From contig CAWHFW010000002.1 in the NCBI GenBank assembly GCA_963828735.1, forward strand, positions 960,001-1,024,000: a DNA stretch of 64,000 bases, written 5' to 3'. Source of the stretch: an uncultured Gemmatimonadales bacterium (GTDB taxonomy: Bacteria; Gemmatimonadota; Gemmatimonadetes; Gemmatimonadales; GWC2-71-9). The position numbers and the translations under genes were made by a program. This document shows, in pieces, positions 35,461-44,775 of the stretch (positions are counted from its first letter, which is position 1; every line of letters begins with the position of its first letter). The notes beneath the pieces are model-generated. The model saw only the letters and a list, made by a program, of their open reading frames with translations, was not told where the DNA came from and did no database searches.

Positions 35461-37782
35461 ATGACCGAACGCTTGCGTATCCTGATCCTCGAGGATGTGC
35501 CCATGGATGCCGAGCTCGTCGAGTACGAGCTCGCGCGCTCCAAGATCCCCTTCGAGTCACGCTGCGTCGACTCCCGGGACCGGTTCGTCGAGGCGCTCGA
35601 CGAGTTCCGGCCGGACCTGATCCTCTCCGACTACACGCTGCCTCGCTTCGACGGCATGGCAGCGCTCACGATCGCCCGCGAACGGGCGCCCGCGGTGCCC
35701 TTCCTGATCGTGACCGGCTCCGTCAACGAGGAGACGGCCGTCGGATGCATGAAGGCCGGCGCCACCGACTACCTCCTCAAGAACAATCTGGCCCGGATCG
35801 GCCCCGCAATCGAGGCCGCGCTCGCTCGAGTCCAGTCCAGGGCCGAGAAGGCCCGCGCCGAGGAGGCGCTGAGGCGGTCGGAAGCCAACCTGCGGGCGAT
35901 CTTCCACACCAGCCTGCAGGCCTTCGTGCTGTTGGACCGGGACGGAACCATTCTGGCGATGAACCCCACCGCCCGGGAATGGGCCACGCGCATTCTCGGC
36001 CGTGGGGTGGCCGAAGGCCATCGGATCCACGACTTGATTCCCGAGGGCCCCGACAGCTTTCGGGCCGCCCTGGGCGGCGAGGTTCGAAGCGCCGAGCGGT
36101 TCTTCCGGGGGCAGGACGGTATCGAGCGCTGGTACGAAACCACCCATGTGCCGGTCGTGGACGAGCGTGGCACGGTCATCGGCGTCTGCCTCAATGCGCG
36201 GGACGTGAGCGAGCGAAAGCGGGCGGAGCAGGCGGTCAGGGACAGCGAGGCCCGGTACCGCGACCTGTTCGAGAACGCGAGCGACCTGGTCTGCATGACC
36301 GCGCTGGACGGCAGCTTTCTGTACGTGAACCCTGCCTGGCACGCGGCCATCGGCTCGACCGACGAGAGCCTCGCCTCCCGCCGCTTTCCGGACCTGCTCC
36401 ATCCCGACAGCCGCGAGCGGTATGGCGAGGTCGTGGATCGCGCCAAGGCAGGCGAGACGCTGGGACACGTGGACCTGGTCCTCCTCACGGCGGCGGGAAC
36501 CCCGCTTACCCTCGAGGGCAACATCAGCTGCACCTCCAGCGACGGCCGGCCACCCCGGATCCGCGGCATCTATCGCGACGTGACGGAGCGCAAGCGAGTG
36601 GAGGACCAGCTCCGGCGGGCGGAGCGCATGCAGGCCGCGGGGCGCCTCGCAGGTGGCGTCGCGCACGAAGTCAACAACATGATGACCGGCGTCATCGGAT
36701 TCAGCGAGTTTCTGATGCGGAGCCTGGAGCCCGCCGACCCACGCCGGTCCGAGGTCACCGAGATCATCAAGGCGGGCACGCGCGCCGCGGACGTCACGCG
36801 CCAGCTTCTCGCCTTCACTCGCCAGCAGTTCCTCCGTCCGGAAACCCTGACCGTCAACGGCGTCGTCCGGGACCTCGAGAAGATGCTGCGTCGGGTCCTC
36901 GGCGAGGACCATACGCTGGAGTTGGCGCTCGACGCCGATGCCGGGGAGATCCGGGCCGACCGCGGGCAGCTCGAGCAGGTTCTCGTCAACCTGATGCTCA
37001 ACGCCCGGGATGCCATGCCCGGTCACGGGCGGGCCACGATCGCGACGCGGGTCGTCGAGCTGGACGACGAGTACGCGCGGGATCACGACGGCGTCGCGAT
37101 CCCGCGCGGGCAATACGTCCAGCTGACCGTCACCGACACGGGCGTCGGAATGCCGCCGGACGTGCAGGCGAGGATCTTCGAGCCGTTCTTCACCACGAAG
37201 CCGGTGGGCCAGGGGACCGGCCTCGGTCTCTCCACGGTCTACGGGATCGTCAAGCAGAGCGGCGGCTTCATCTGGGTGCACAGCGCGCCTGGCCTGGGCA
37301 CGACCTTCAAGATCGACCTGCCTCGCGCCGGCGCGACCCATTCGCCACCGCCGACCACGCGGCGACCACGCGCCACGCCCGGTGGTTCGGAAACTATCCT
37401 CGTCGTCGAGGACGAGGATCTCGTCCGCGCCCTCGCGACCCGCAGCCTGACCGAGCGCGGCTACCGGGTCATCGAGGCGCGCGAGGGCTCCGAGGCCCTC
37501 CGCCAGCTCGAGCTCCAGCCGTCCGGCGTGGATCTCGTCATCTCGGACGTGGTCATGCCGGAGATGGGCGGCCGCGAGCTCGCGCGCCGCCTGGGCACAC
37601 AGCGGCCGTCATTGCCGGTCCTGTTCATCTCGGGATACACGGGCGAGGATGTCATCCAGCGTGGGTTGCTGGAACCCGGCGCACCGTTCCTGCCGAAGCC
37701 CTTTAGCCCGGAGGGTCTGGCGAGCAAGGTCCGGGAAATGCTCGACGCGCCTGTCCGCGCCCCGGCGCCTGCGGGAAGCTAG
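35461..37782 (+). CDS. REC-PAS-PAS-HisKA-HATPase-REC hybrid kinase (CckA-like)
   Basis: [13 protein letters not shown] and [15 protein letters not shown] motifs, with N- and C-terminal receivers. Confidence 0.92.
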   Translation: MTERLRILILEDVPMDAELVEYELARSKIPFESRCVDSRDRFVEALDEFRPDLILSDYTLPRFDGMAALTIARERAPAVPFLIVTGSVNEETAVGCMKAGATDYLLKNNLARIGPAIEAALARVQSRAEKARAEEALRRSEANLRAIFHTSLQAFVLLDRDGTILAMNPTAREWATRILGRGVAEGHRIHDLIPEGPDSFRAALGGEVRSAERFFRGQDGIERWYETTHVPVVDERGTVIGVCLNARDVSERKRAEQAVRDSEARYRDLFENASDLVCMTALDGSFLYVNPAWHAAIGSTDESLASRRFPDLLHPDSRERYGEVVDRAKAGETLGHVDLVLLTAAGTPLTLEGNISCTSSDGRPPRIRGIYRDVTERKRVEDQLRRAERMQAAGRLAGGVAHEVNNMMTGVIGFSEFLMRSLEPADPRRSEVTEIIKAGTRAADVTRQLLAFTRQQFLRPETLTVNGVVRDLEKMLRRVLGEDHTLELALDADAGEIRADRGQLEQVLVNLMLNARDAMPGHGRATIATRVVELDDEYARDHDGVAIPRGQYVQLTVTDTGVGMPPDVQARIFEPFFTTKPVGQGTGLGLSTVYGIVKQSGGFIWVHSAPGLGTTFKIDLPRAGATHSPPPTTRRPRATPGGSETILVVEDEDLVRALATRSLTERGYRVIEAREGSEALRQLELQPSGVDLVISDVVMPEMGGRELARRLGTQRPSLPVLFISGYTGEDVIQRGLLEPGAPFLPKPFSPEGLASKVREMLDAPVRAPAPAGS

Positions 37783-38024
37783 GCTGAACTGCCCGCCTCG
37801 GCGTGGGCGCTCTCCCTGGACACGGGCCGGAACTCGAGGTGGTCGGCGCGAATGATGAGAAAGCCGCGCGGCGTCGATAGCCGCGTCAACCGCTCCCCGG
37901 CCATGTTGACCATCCGCTGGGTCACCCCGGGGAAGATCGGCGCCACGTCATACCAGACGGAGGCGTTGAGGTCGGGATACTTGCGCTGATGTTCGGACCG
38001 CAGACGTGCCTGCACGCCGGCCAT
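37779..38024 (-). CDS. Hypothetical 81-aa protein (ARLR..E...YP...W...HLEFR family)
   Basis: AAGGAG RBS and a TACATT -10 upstream. Shares its motif with 27046-27360. Confidence 0.7.
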   Translation of the reverse strand: MAGVQARLRSEHQRKYPDLNASVWYDVAPIFPGVTQRMVNMAGERLTRLSTPRGFLIIRADHLEFRPVSRESAHAEAGSSA

Positions 38025-38175
38025 CCGTTCTCCTTGTCCAGGGACCCCCACAATGTAAATGGCGCGGGACGTGCGCGGCAGCGCCCCGATGGACAATCGG
38101 GGACTATTCGTATAGTCTGTAAGCCAATGGATGTTCGTGGCATCCATCCCCCCACTTCCGGATTGACCGCCATAC

Positions 38176-39234
38176 ATGCCGGATCTCCGACTCGCGCCGC
38201 CAGCTCCCGCTGGCTCCGCCAACTGCCTCGTTGTGGACGACGAGCCCAGCGTTCGTCGATCGCTCGTACGGATGCTGCAGGCGCAGGGGTTTACCTGTTT
38301 CGAGGCCGGCAGCGGCCGCGAGGCGCTCACCCTGCTCGACCGTATCGGCGAGGCGCCGCTCGTGATCTCGGACATGCGGATGCCCGAGCTCGACGGCATC
38401 GGCCTGCTGGAGGTCGTCCGCCAGCGCTACCCCGATACTTCGGTCATTATGCTCACGGGGATGAGCGAGACGACTACGGCCGTCGACTGCCTGCATATGG
38501 GGGCCGCCGACTTCCTGCTCAAGCCCATTTCGGTGAGCGAGCTCCGCGCCCGGGTCTCGCGCGTCCTGGAGAAGCGTGCGCTGGTGCTCGAGAATCGGTT
38601 CCACCAGGAGAATCTGGAGCGGCAGGTCCGCGCGCAGGCGCTGCGGATTCAGGAGCTGTTCCTGCAAGGCGTGCAGATGCTGGCCCGCGCGCTCGAGGCA
38701 AAGGACGCCTACACGCGCGGGCACTCGATCCGGGTGAGTCAGTACGCGGTGGGGACCGCCGAGCGGCTCGGCTTCGAGGGCCAGAGCCTGGACGGGATAC
38801 GCCTCGGTGGTGAGCTCCACGACATCGGGAAGATCGGCACCCGGGAGGCGGTCCTGCACAAGCCGGGGCTGCTCACCGCGGACGAGTTCCGCCAGATCAC
38901 CGAACATCCGGTGCTCGGCGAGCGCATGCTGCTTCCGCTGGCGCAGGAGTCGCCCGACGTGCTCCGGATCGTTCGCTCCCACCACGAGCGGCTCGACGGC
39001 CGGGGATTTCCGGACGGCCTTTGCGGCGAACAGATTCCGATCGAGGCGCGCATCGTCGCGGTGGCCGACGCCTTCGACGCGATGACGACGGAGCGCCCCT
39101 ATCGGGATTCGCGTCCACCCGACGCCGCCGTCGCCGAGCTCCGGCGCGTGGCGGGCACCCAGCTCGACCCGGATGCCGTCGAGGCGTTCGTGACCGCCTT
39201 CCCCGACCCCGCCGCCTTGCCGCTGTCGGCCTAG
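38176..39234 (+). CDS. REC-HD-GYP cyclic-dinucleotide phosphodiesterase
   Basis: Receiver followed by TRGHS, HDIGKIG, HHERLDGRGFP and VADAFDAMT. Confidence 0.92.
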   Translation: MPDLRLAPPAPAGSANCLVVDDEPSVRRSLVRMLQAQGFTCFEAGSGREALTLLDRIGEAPLVISDMRMPELDGIGLLEVVRQRYPDTSVIMLTGMSETTTAVDCLHMGAADFLLKPISVSELRARVSRVLEKRALVLENRFHQENLERQVRAQALRIQELFLQGVQMLARALEAKDAYTRGHSIRVSQYAVGTAERLGFEGQSLDGIRLGGELHDIGKIGTREAVLHKPGLLTADEFRQITEHPVLGERMLLPLAQESPDVLRIVRSHHERLDGRGFPDGLCGEQIPIEARIVAVADAFDAMTTERPYRDSRPPDAAVAELRRVAGTQLDPDAVEAFVTAFPDPAALPLSA

Positions 39235-39695
39235 TCCGGCTCGGGGCGCTCCCGCCCGTTGCCCTTTCGCTTCTCGCCTGCGCCCGCCGCTTCCCTCCCG
39301 AACGGCAGGCCTCCTTCGCGGCGCATCTTTTCCCGCGCGGCGGCCGCCAGCTCCGCGTAGTGAGCCTTGAAGGCGTCGAGCTCGGCCTCGGTGAGGTCCT
39401 CGAGGTCCGCCATGGCGGTCTGCGCCCCCTTCAGGGCGCGCAGCAGCTCGTCCAGCTTGATCTGCATGGCCACGCTGTCGCGGTTCTGGGTGTTCTGAAT
39501 CAGGAAAACCATCAGAAACGTGATGATGGTCGTCCCCGTGTTGATCACGAGCTGCCAGGTGTCGCTGAACTGGAAGATGGGGCCGGTGATGGCCCAGAGC
39601 AGGATGACCAGCACGGCCAGGCCGAACGTGACGGGATGACCCGACGCCCGGGCGGTCGCCTTGGCGAACCGTGTGAAATGCTCTCCGATGGCCAT
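39231..39695 (-). CDS. Low-affinity iron permease family protein
   Basis: FSDTWQLVINTGTTIITFLMVFLIQNTQNRD signature. Confidence 0.9.
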   Translation of the reverse strand: MAIGEHFTRFAKATARASGHPVTFGLAVLVILLWAITGPIFQFSDTWQLVINTGTTIITFLMVFLIQNTQNRDSVAMQIKLDELLRALKGAQTAMADLEDLTEAELDAFKAHYAELAAAAREKMRREGGLPFGREAAGAGEKRKGNGRERPEPD

Positions 39696-39758
39696 CGTTA
39701 GGTAGTTACCAGCCGGGAGCCCGCGCTGCTGTGGCCCCCCTCACGCGGATGCCGCGCT

Positions 39759-39785
39759 CGTCCGGCCGGCTTGGCCGGCCGGACG
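39759..39785. other. 12-bp perfect GC hairpin downstream of the DUF58 operon
   Basis: CGTCCGGCCGGC-TTG-GCCGGCCGGACG. No U-tract. Confidence 0.5.
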
Positions 39786-39859
39786 CCTTCCAATGCGACT
39801 GCGTCCGTGAGCAGGTGGATGACCCGGCGGGTCGAAGGGCCGACTGGACTTGGGGGTGA

Positions 39860-41179
39860 CTAGAGCAGGCCGCGACGCTTCAGCTGGTGATACCTCATCA
39901 CCACCGCCTCCCCCGCCGAGGCCGGCGGCACGTCGAGCACCATGACTCCGCGGCCGCGCATGTCTGCGAGCGCGGCCTCGCGGGCGCCGAGCAGCTCCTC
40001 GGCGGCGGCCCGCTCGAAGGCCGCGGCGGCCGCCACCGGTCGCCGTGTCGCAAGGCCCTCGAGCGCGGGATCTCGAAGCGTCACGGCGAGCGGCAAGTGC
40101 CTGGGACGCAGGGTCGCCGCGTGGGCCACGAGCGCGTCGCTCGCGGTACGGTCTATGACATCCGTGAAGAGGACCGTCAGCGCCCGCTTCCGGTTGTGCG
40201 CGGCGAGGTAGCGAAAGGCCCCGGGATAGTCGGACTCGGCCAGGCGACCCTCGACGTGCGCCAGGCCTTCGAGGACCGCTCTGAGCGCGCGCCGTCCGCG
40301 AGCCGGCGCCACATAGCGCTGCACCACGTCGGCGAAGACCATGAGTCCCACGTTGTCGTCGTGGTCCACGGCAGCGCGTGCGAGCTGCAGGGCCGCCGAC
40401 ACCACCGCTTCGAGGCGCGGCACGCCGTCCACCTCGGCGGTCAGCATCCGGCCCGCGTCGACCACGATCAGCACCTGCTGGCGCCGCTCGTCCTCGTACT
40501 GCCGCGCGATCGGCTTGCCGCGGCGGGCGGTGGCCTTCCAATCGATGATTCTGGGCTCATCGCCCGGCACCCACTCCCGGAGCCCCTCGAACAGGCGGCC
40601 TTCCCCCGGCCGGCGGATTGCCCGAAGGCCGGCCTCCCGTCGGCGGGCAACCTGCAGCGGCAGGGCGCGGAGCGGCGCGTCCGGCACCGTGGGGTACACG
40701 GTGGCGGACCACGGCAGCGTCACCGTCCCCTGCCGCCAGGCGAGGCCGAGAGGGCCGAGTACTCGTACGGCGAGCGTCCCACCATGCCCCACGCCCCGTC
40801 GGGCCGGCAGCAGGTCGAGCCGCTCGTCGAGCCCCTCGCCCGGAGGGACGACCAGGTGGCGGCTAGGTGTGTTCGCGCCACCGAGGGGATCGGGCAAGCG
40901 CTCGCGGACCTCGAGGGTGAGCCGCCGTCGTGCCCGATGGCGCCAGCGGTAACGCACCACGGCCAGCCGCCCAACGCCGAACGCGGCGGGCGCCTCGCGC
41001 GTCACGTCGAGCGTGCGGGGAGCCGGAGTGCGCATCGCGTCGGCCACGAGGGCCGCCAGCCAGAGCAGGTCGAGCGCCGGCAGCAATCCCGCTGCCCAGG
41101 GCCGGACGAGCGCGAGCGGGGCCGCGACGGCGAGCATGGCCGCCCCGATGAGCCACCGGCGGCCCGGCACGACGGTCAC
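39860..41179 (-). CDS. DUF58 / vWA-like protein
   Basis: LREWVPGDEPRIIDWKATAR motif. Lies downstream of MoxR. Confidence 0.9.
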   Translation of the reverse strand: MTVVPGRRWLIGAAMLAVAAPLALVRPWAAGLLPALDLLWLAALVADAMRTPAPRTLDVTREAPAAFGVGRLAVVRYRWRHRARRRLTLEVRERLPDPLGGANTPSRHLVVPPGEGLDERLDLLPARRGVGHGGTLAVRVLGPLGLAWRQGTVTLPWSATVYPTVPDAPLRALPLQVARRREAGLRAIRRPGEGRLFEGLREWVPGDEPRIIDWKATARRGKPIARQYEDERRQQVLIVVDAGRMLTAEVDGVPRLEAVVSAALQLARAAVDHDDNVGLMVFADVVQRYVAPARGRRALRAVLEGLAHVEGRLAESDYPGAFRYLAAHNRKRALTVLFTDVIDRTASDALVAHAATLRPRHLPLAVTLRDPALEGLATRRPVAAAAAFERAAAEELLGAREAALADMRGRGVMVLDVPPASAGEAVVMRYHQLKRRGLL

Positions 41180-42159
41180 CGCGGCGCCTCGACCTTCTCG
41201 ATGATCCCGCGAAGCGCGGCGTCGGCCGTGATGCCCTCGAGCTCGAGCTCCGGCGCGACCGACACCCGGTGCCGAAGCACGGCCGGGGCGAGCTCCTTCA
41301 CATCGTCCGGTACCACGTAGGGCCGTCCATCCAGCAGCGCGGTCGCCTGCGCCATCTTGAGCAGTGCGACGCTGCCGCGCGGCGATGCCCCCAGCGTGAG
41401 CACGGGAGACGAGCGCGTGGCCCGCACGATCGCCGCGATATAGGCGATGAGGCTCGGTTCCACCCGCACTCGCCGCACCCCGTCGCGAAGCGCCGCCAGC
41501 CCGGTTTCGTCCGCCACGCGCCCCACCCCGTAGCTCGCCGGCAGATCGGCCTCGAATCCGCCGAGCACCCGCTCGAGGATCCCCTGCTCCACCCGCTCAT
41601 CCGGGTACCCCACCAGGACCTTGACCATGAACCGGTCCAGTTCGGCCTCGGGCAGTGGATACGTGCCCTCGAACTCGATGGGGTTCTGCGTCGCGAAGAC
41701 CGTGAAATTCTCGGGCAGCTCGTGCGAGGTGCCGTCCACGGTCACCCGGCGCTCCTGCATCGCCTCGAGCAACGCGGCCTGCGTTTTGGCGGGCGCGCGG
41801 TTGATCTCGTCGCCGAGGACCAGGTCGCCGAAGATCGGTCCCGGTCGGAAGCTGAACGCCCCCGGCCCGGTCAGCAGGCTCACGCCCGTGATGTCCGACG
41901 GCATGAGATCGGGCGTGAACTGGATGCGCCGGAACTCGAGCCCGAGCGCGAGCGCCAGGGTCCGCACGAGCAGGGTCTTCGCGGTGCCGGGCACGCCCTC
42001 GAGCAACACGTGACCACGCGCCAGCAGCGCGGCGACCGCCTCGCGCACCGCGTCGGGCTGGCCCAGCACGACGCCGGCGAGGGCCTCCACCAATCGGCCA
42101 GCGGCGGCCGCGTGCGCGGTGGCCTCGTCGGGTTGCAGCGGAATCGGGTCGGCGGTCAT
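41176..42159 (-). CDS. moxR: MoxR-family AAA+ ATPase
   Basis: GVPGTAKT, RIQFTPDLMPSD, DEINR and ATQNPIE motifs. ATGA overlap. Confidence 0.93.
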   Translation of the reverse strand: MTADPIPLQPDEATAHAAAAGRLVEALAGVVLGQPDAVREAVAALLARGHVLLEGVPGTAKTLLVRTLALALGLEFRRIQFTPDLMPSDITGVSLLTGPGAFSFRPGPIFGDLVLGDEINRAPAKTQAALLEAMQERRVTVDGTSHELPENFTVFATQNPIEFEGTYPLPEAELDRFMVKVLVGYPDERVEQGILERVLGGFEADLPASYGVGRVADETGLAALRDGVRRVRVEPSLIAYIAAIVRATRSSPVLTLGASPRGSVALLKMAQATALLDGRPYVVPDDVKELAPAVLRHRVSVAPELELEGITADAALRGIIEKVEAPR

Positions 42160-43355
42160 GTCGGCGTCAACTCCTCCCACAGTGTTTCGACGGCGTCCGC
42201 CGCGAGCAGGACATCGTCGGCGCTCGCGGGGCGATGGGTGACAGTGGTGAGCGTCTCGAGCGCCGCCCGGCCGGCGGGCGTGCGCACGGCCGGTCCGAGG
42301 CTCTCGAGCCAGGGTCCGATCTCGCCTCGGGTGCTCCGCCCCGTGAACGAGAGCCGCCGCCGGAGCCCCTGCACGATCAGTCCGATGGCGACCTCGTGGC
42401 CCTTGGCGGCGGCGAGCGCGGTGGCGAGCGCCCGAACGTGTTCGAGGGGCGAGCGCCGGCGGCGCTCGATCCCGGAGCGGATCGGCCCGAAGCGAACGCC
42501 CGCGGCCAGCAGCGCGAGCACGCCCACACCCGCGAGCTGGAGAATGGCCCAGCCCCATGGCGACCGGAACGTCCAGTCGAGCGTGGCAGCGCTCAGGCTT
42601 CGGGAGGCATCGAAGCCCTGGTGGTATTCGTCGACGACGACGCGGTCGTAACGCGGCACGATGAGCCCTAGCACGAATGGTCCGGCCGCCGTCTCTCGGA
42701 GCGCTCGATTGGCGAACAAGCGGCCGTCCGCCGCCAGCGTCACGGTGCGCCCATCATCCAGCGCGGCGCGGACGACCACCGGGCGGCCGCCGGTGGTCCA
42801 GAGCAGTGTATCGACGGCATGCGCGGTGGGCGCCGTGCACCGCACCGGAGCGCTGTCCTCCCCCTCCGTCGAGTCCACGGCCACCGGAGATCTGCGCTGG
42901 ACCAGGATCGCGCCCGGCCGCGGAAATCGGCGGGACTCCGCACCGGGTGGCCGGATGACTCCCATCGAATCGGGTGCGCGGAGCCGGTCCCAGCCGAGGC
43001 AGCGGAGCGCCGCGGCGGCGCCCGCTCCCACGACGAGCAGGTCGGTCCGGAGCCCGGCCACCGTCAAACCCTCGCGGGCGTCGAGCGGCCTGCTGGGATC
43101 GATGAACGCCGTGAGGGTCCGGGGCGCCACGAGCGTATCGTACTCGACCGTCGGCAGGCGAAAGGATTGGACCCGCACGCCGAGCCGCTCGAGCGCCTCG
43201 CGAAAGGCACGCGCCCCGGAGGGTCCGGCCAGATAGGTCGATCGCCGGGGATCCGCGTCGGAAAGGCGCGCTTGCTGCAGTCCGACCACCCCCGCGCTCA
43301 CGGCCAGCGCGAGCAACAGCCCGGCCCCGAGCGCGAGCTCAGTGCGCTGGCGCAT
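42156..43355 (-). CDS. DUF4350-like membrane-anchored protein
   Basis: STYLAGPSGA, VDEYHQG and EHVRALA motifs. Operon position. Confidence 0.75.
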   Translation of the reverse strand: MRQRTELALGAGLLLALAVSAGVVGLQQARLSDADPRRSTYLAGPSGARAFREALERLGVRVQSFRLPTVEYDTLVAPRTLTAFIDPSRPLDAREGLTVAGLRTDLLVVGAGAAAALRCLGWDRLRAPDSMGVIRPPGAESRRFPRPGAILVQRRSPVAVDSTEGEDSAPVRCTAPTAHAVDTLLWTTGGRPVVVRAALDDGRTVTLAADGRLFANRALRETAAGPFVLGLIVPRYDRVVVDEYHQGFDASRSLSAATLDWTFRSPWGWAILQLAGVGVLALLAAGVRFGPIRSGIERRRRSPLEHVRALATALAAAKGHEVAIGLIVQGLRRRLSFTGRSTRGEIGPWLESLGPAVRTPAGRAALETLTTVTHRPASADDVLLAADAVETLWEELTPT

Positions 43356-43968
43356 GCCAAGGCCTCGCGATGTCGTCACGCCATCGACGATAGTCGTCCG
43401 CGGCCAGCGGATGCCCGCCGAACACATGGGCGTAGAGTGCCCTGACCAGCGATCGCAGGCGTTCCCGGTCCTCGCGCGTGAGGCGCGCCTCGCGCGCGCA
43501 CTCCGCCGGCGTCTTGCTCGCGTGGTACCGAAGCAGGCCCTGAGCGTCGAGGGTCAGGGCCAGTCCCACGAACGCGAGCTGCAAGGCGGCACCGGTGCGC
43601 CCGGCCGCCGCCGCGCGGTCGGCCTCGCGGAAATACCAGGCGGCGTCGCGCACTTCGAGGGCGGTGGACGCAGACGCGGCGTCGTCCGGCGCGGCGGCAC
43701 CCCGCACGGTCCGCCATACGACCCACAGACCGTGCGCCAGGACCAGCACGAGCGCGCCCAACAAGGCGAAGACGAACAGGCGGACGGCAGCGGGGTTGCC
43801 GGCCCGGAGGACGTCGAGCCACCCCGTCAGGCGGTCCCACCACAGGCGCAGGAGACGGAGCAGCGGCGGCTCGTCGGCCCATCGGTAGGCGGGTGAGGCA
43901 AAGACGCTGTCGAGTACCGCGCGGAGGGCGCTGGGAGTGGGGTCGCCGGGCGCCGCCGCGAAGGTCAC
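43339..43968 (-). CDS. DUF4129-like protein
   Basis: One TM then a helical domain with SKTPAE and YAHVFGG. Operon position. Confidence 0.7.
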   Translation of the reverse strand: MTFAAAPGDPTPSALRAVLDSVFASPAYRWADEPPLLRLLRLWWDRLTGWLDVLRAGNPAAVRLFVFALLGALVLVLAHGLWVVWRTVRGAAAPDDAASASTALEVRDAAWYFREADRAAAAGRTGAALQLAFVGLALTLDAQGLLRYHASKTPAECAREARLTREDRERLRSLVRALYAHVFGGHPLAADDYRRWRDDIARPWHAPAH

Positions 43969-43972
43969 CGGC

Positions 43973-44749
43973 TCAGGCCGTCTGCAGCGACGACGCCAGC
44001 AGTTCCAGGTCGAACCCCTCTTTGCGGACGCGGAGGTCGTAATACGTCACGGTGAGGACGCAGTAGAAGAGGGGGTAAATGAACAGCTGGGCAATCCCGC
44101 CAATGGCGATCGCAACGACCGTGGCGACCGATGAGGTGATGAAAGCAATGCCCGTCCCTCGGGGCAGCAGCACGGCCGCGAGCCCGCTGATCGCCACCAC
44201 CGGCACGTAGAGCAGGACCAGCAGGGTGACGCCGAGGCCGAACAGGCGCCAACGCGAGCCGCGGGTCAGCTCCCACGACCGGGAGAGCGCGGCGCTGGCG
44301 CTCCGGCCCTGCTCCAATACCACGGCGGGAATCGCGAGCGCCAGCCCGACCGCGAGGACGATCCCGGGAATCACCAGCAGCAGGAAGCCCAGACCGACCA
44401 CTAGGGCCATGAGAAGCGAGCACACGAGAATTCGCCCCATGTACGGCGTGGCCCTGGCCAGCGCCTCGCGTGCCGACAGCGGTCGCCCCAGGTAGCTCTC
44501 GGAGACGATGAACACCGTCGCACCCGTCGCCACCAGGTTGAGCACCACCAGGCTGAGGAGGTACACGAACGCGAGCGGCAGGTTGACGAACATCCCGCCG
44601 GAGGCCTCCACGAACAGGCGTAGGATCAGCGGCAGGCCGGTGCAGATCAGCGACACCGTGGCGAGCGCGCCGAAGTGCCGCCGGTACAACGCAAATGACG
44701 TGTCGAGGATCTCGCCCACGGTCAGTGGGCGGAGGATGGGAGGCGTCAT
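43973..44749 (-). CDS. Integral membrane protein of MoxR/RDD/SpoIIM loci
   Basis: LRPLTVGEILD, ALSRSWEL and YYDLRVRKEGFDL motifs. Confidence 0.85.
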   Translation of the reverse strand: MTPPILRPLTVGEILDTSFALYRRHFGALATVSLICTGLPLILRLFVEASGGMFVNLPLAFVYLLSLVVLNLVATGATVFIVSESYLGRPLSAREALARATPYMGRILVCSLLMALVVGLGFLLLVIPGIVLAVGLALAIPAVVLEQGRSASAALSRSWELTRGSRWRLFGLGVTLLVLLYVPVVAISGLAAVLLPRGTGIAFITSSVATVVAIAIGGIAQLFIYPLFYCVLTVTYYDLRVRKEGFDLELLASSLQTA

Positions 44750-44775
44750 GGGCGAAAAGATATTACAATCGCAGC
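44750..44775. promoter_or_regulatory. Back-to-back -10 elements for two leaderless genes
   Basis: TACAAT (+, 44764-44769) lies 6 nt before ATG 44776. TATCTT (-, 44762-44757) lies 7 nt before ATG 44749. Confidence 0.6.
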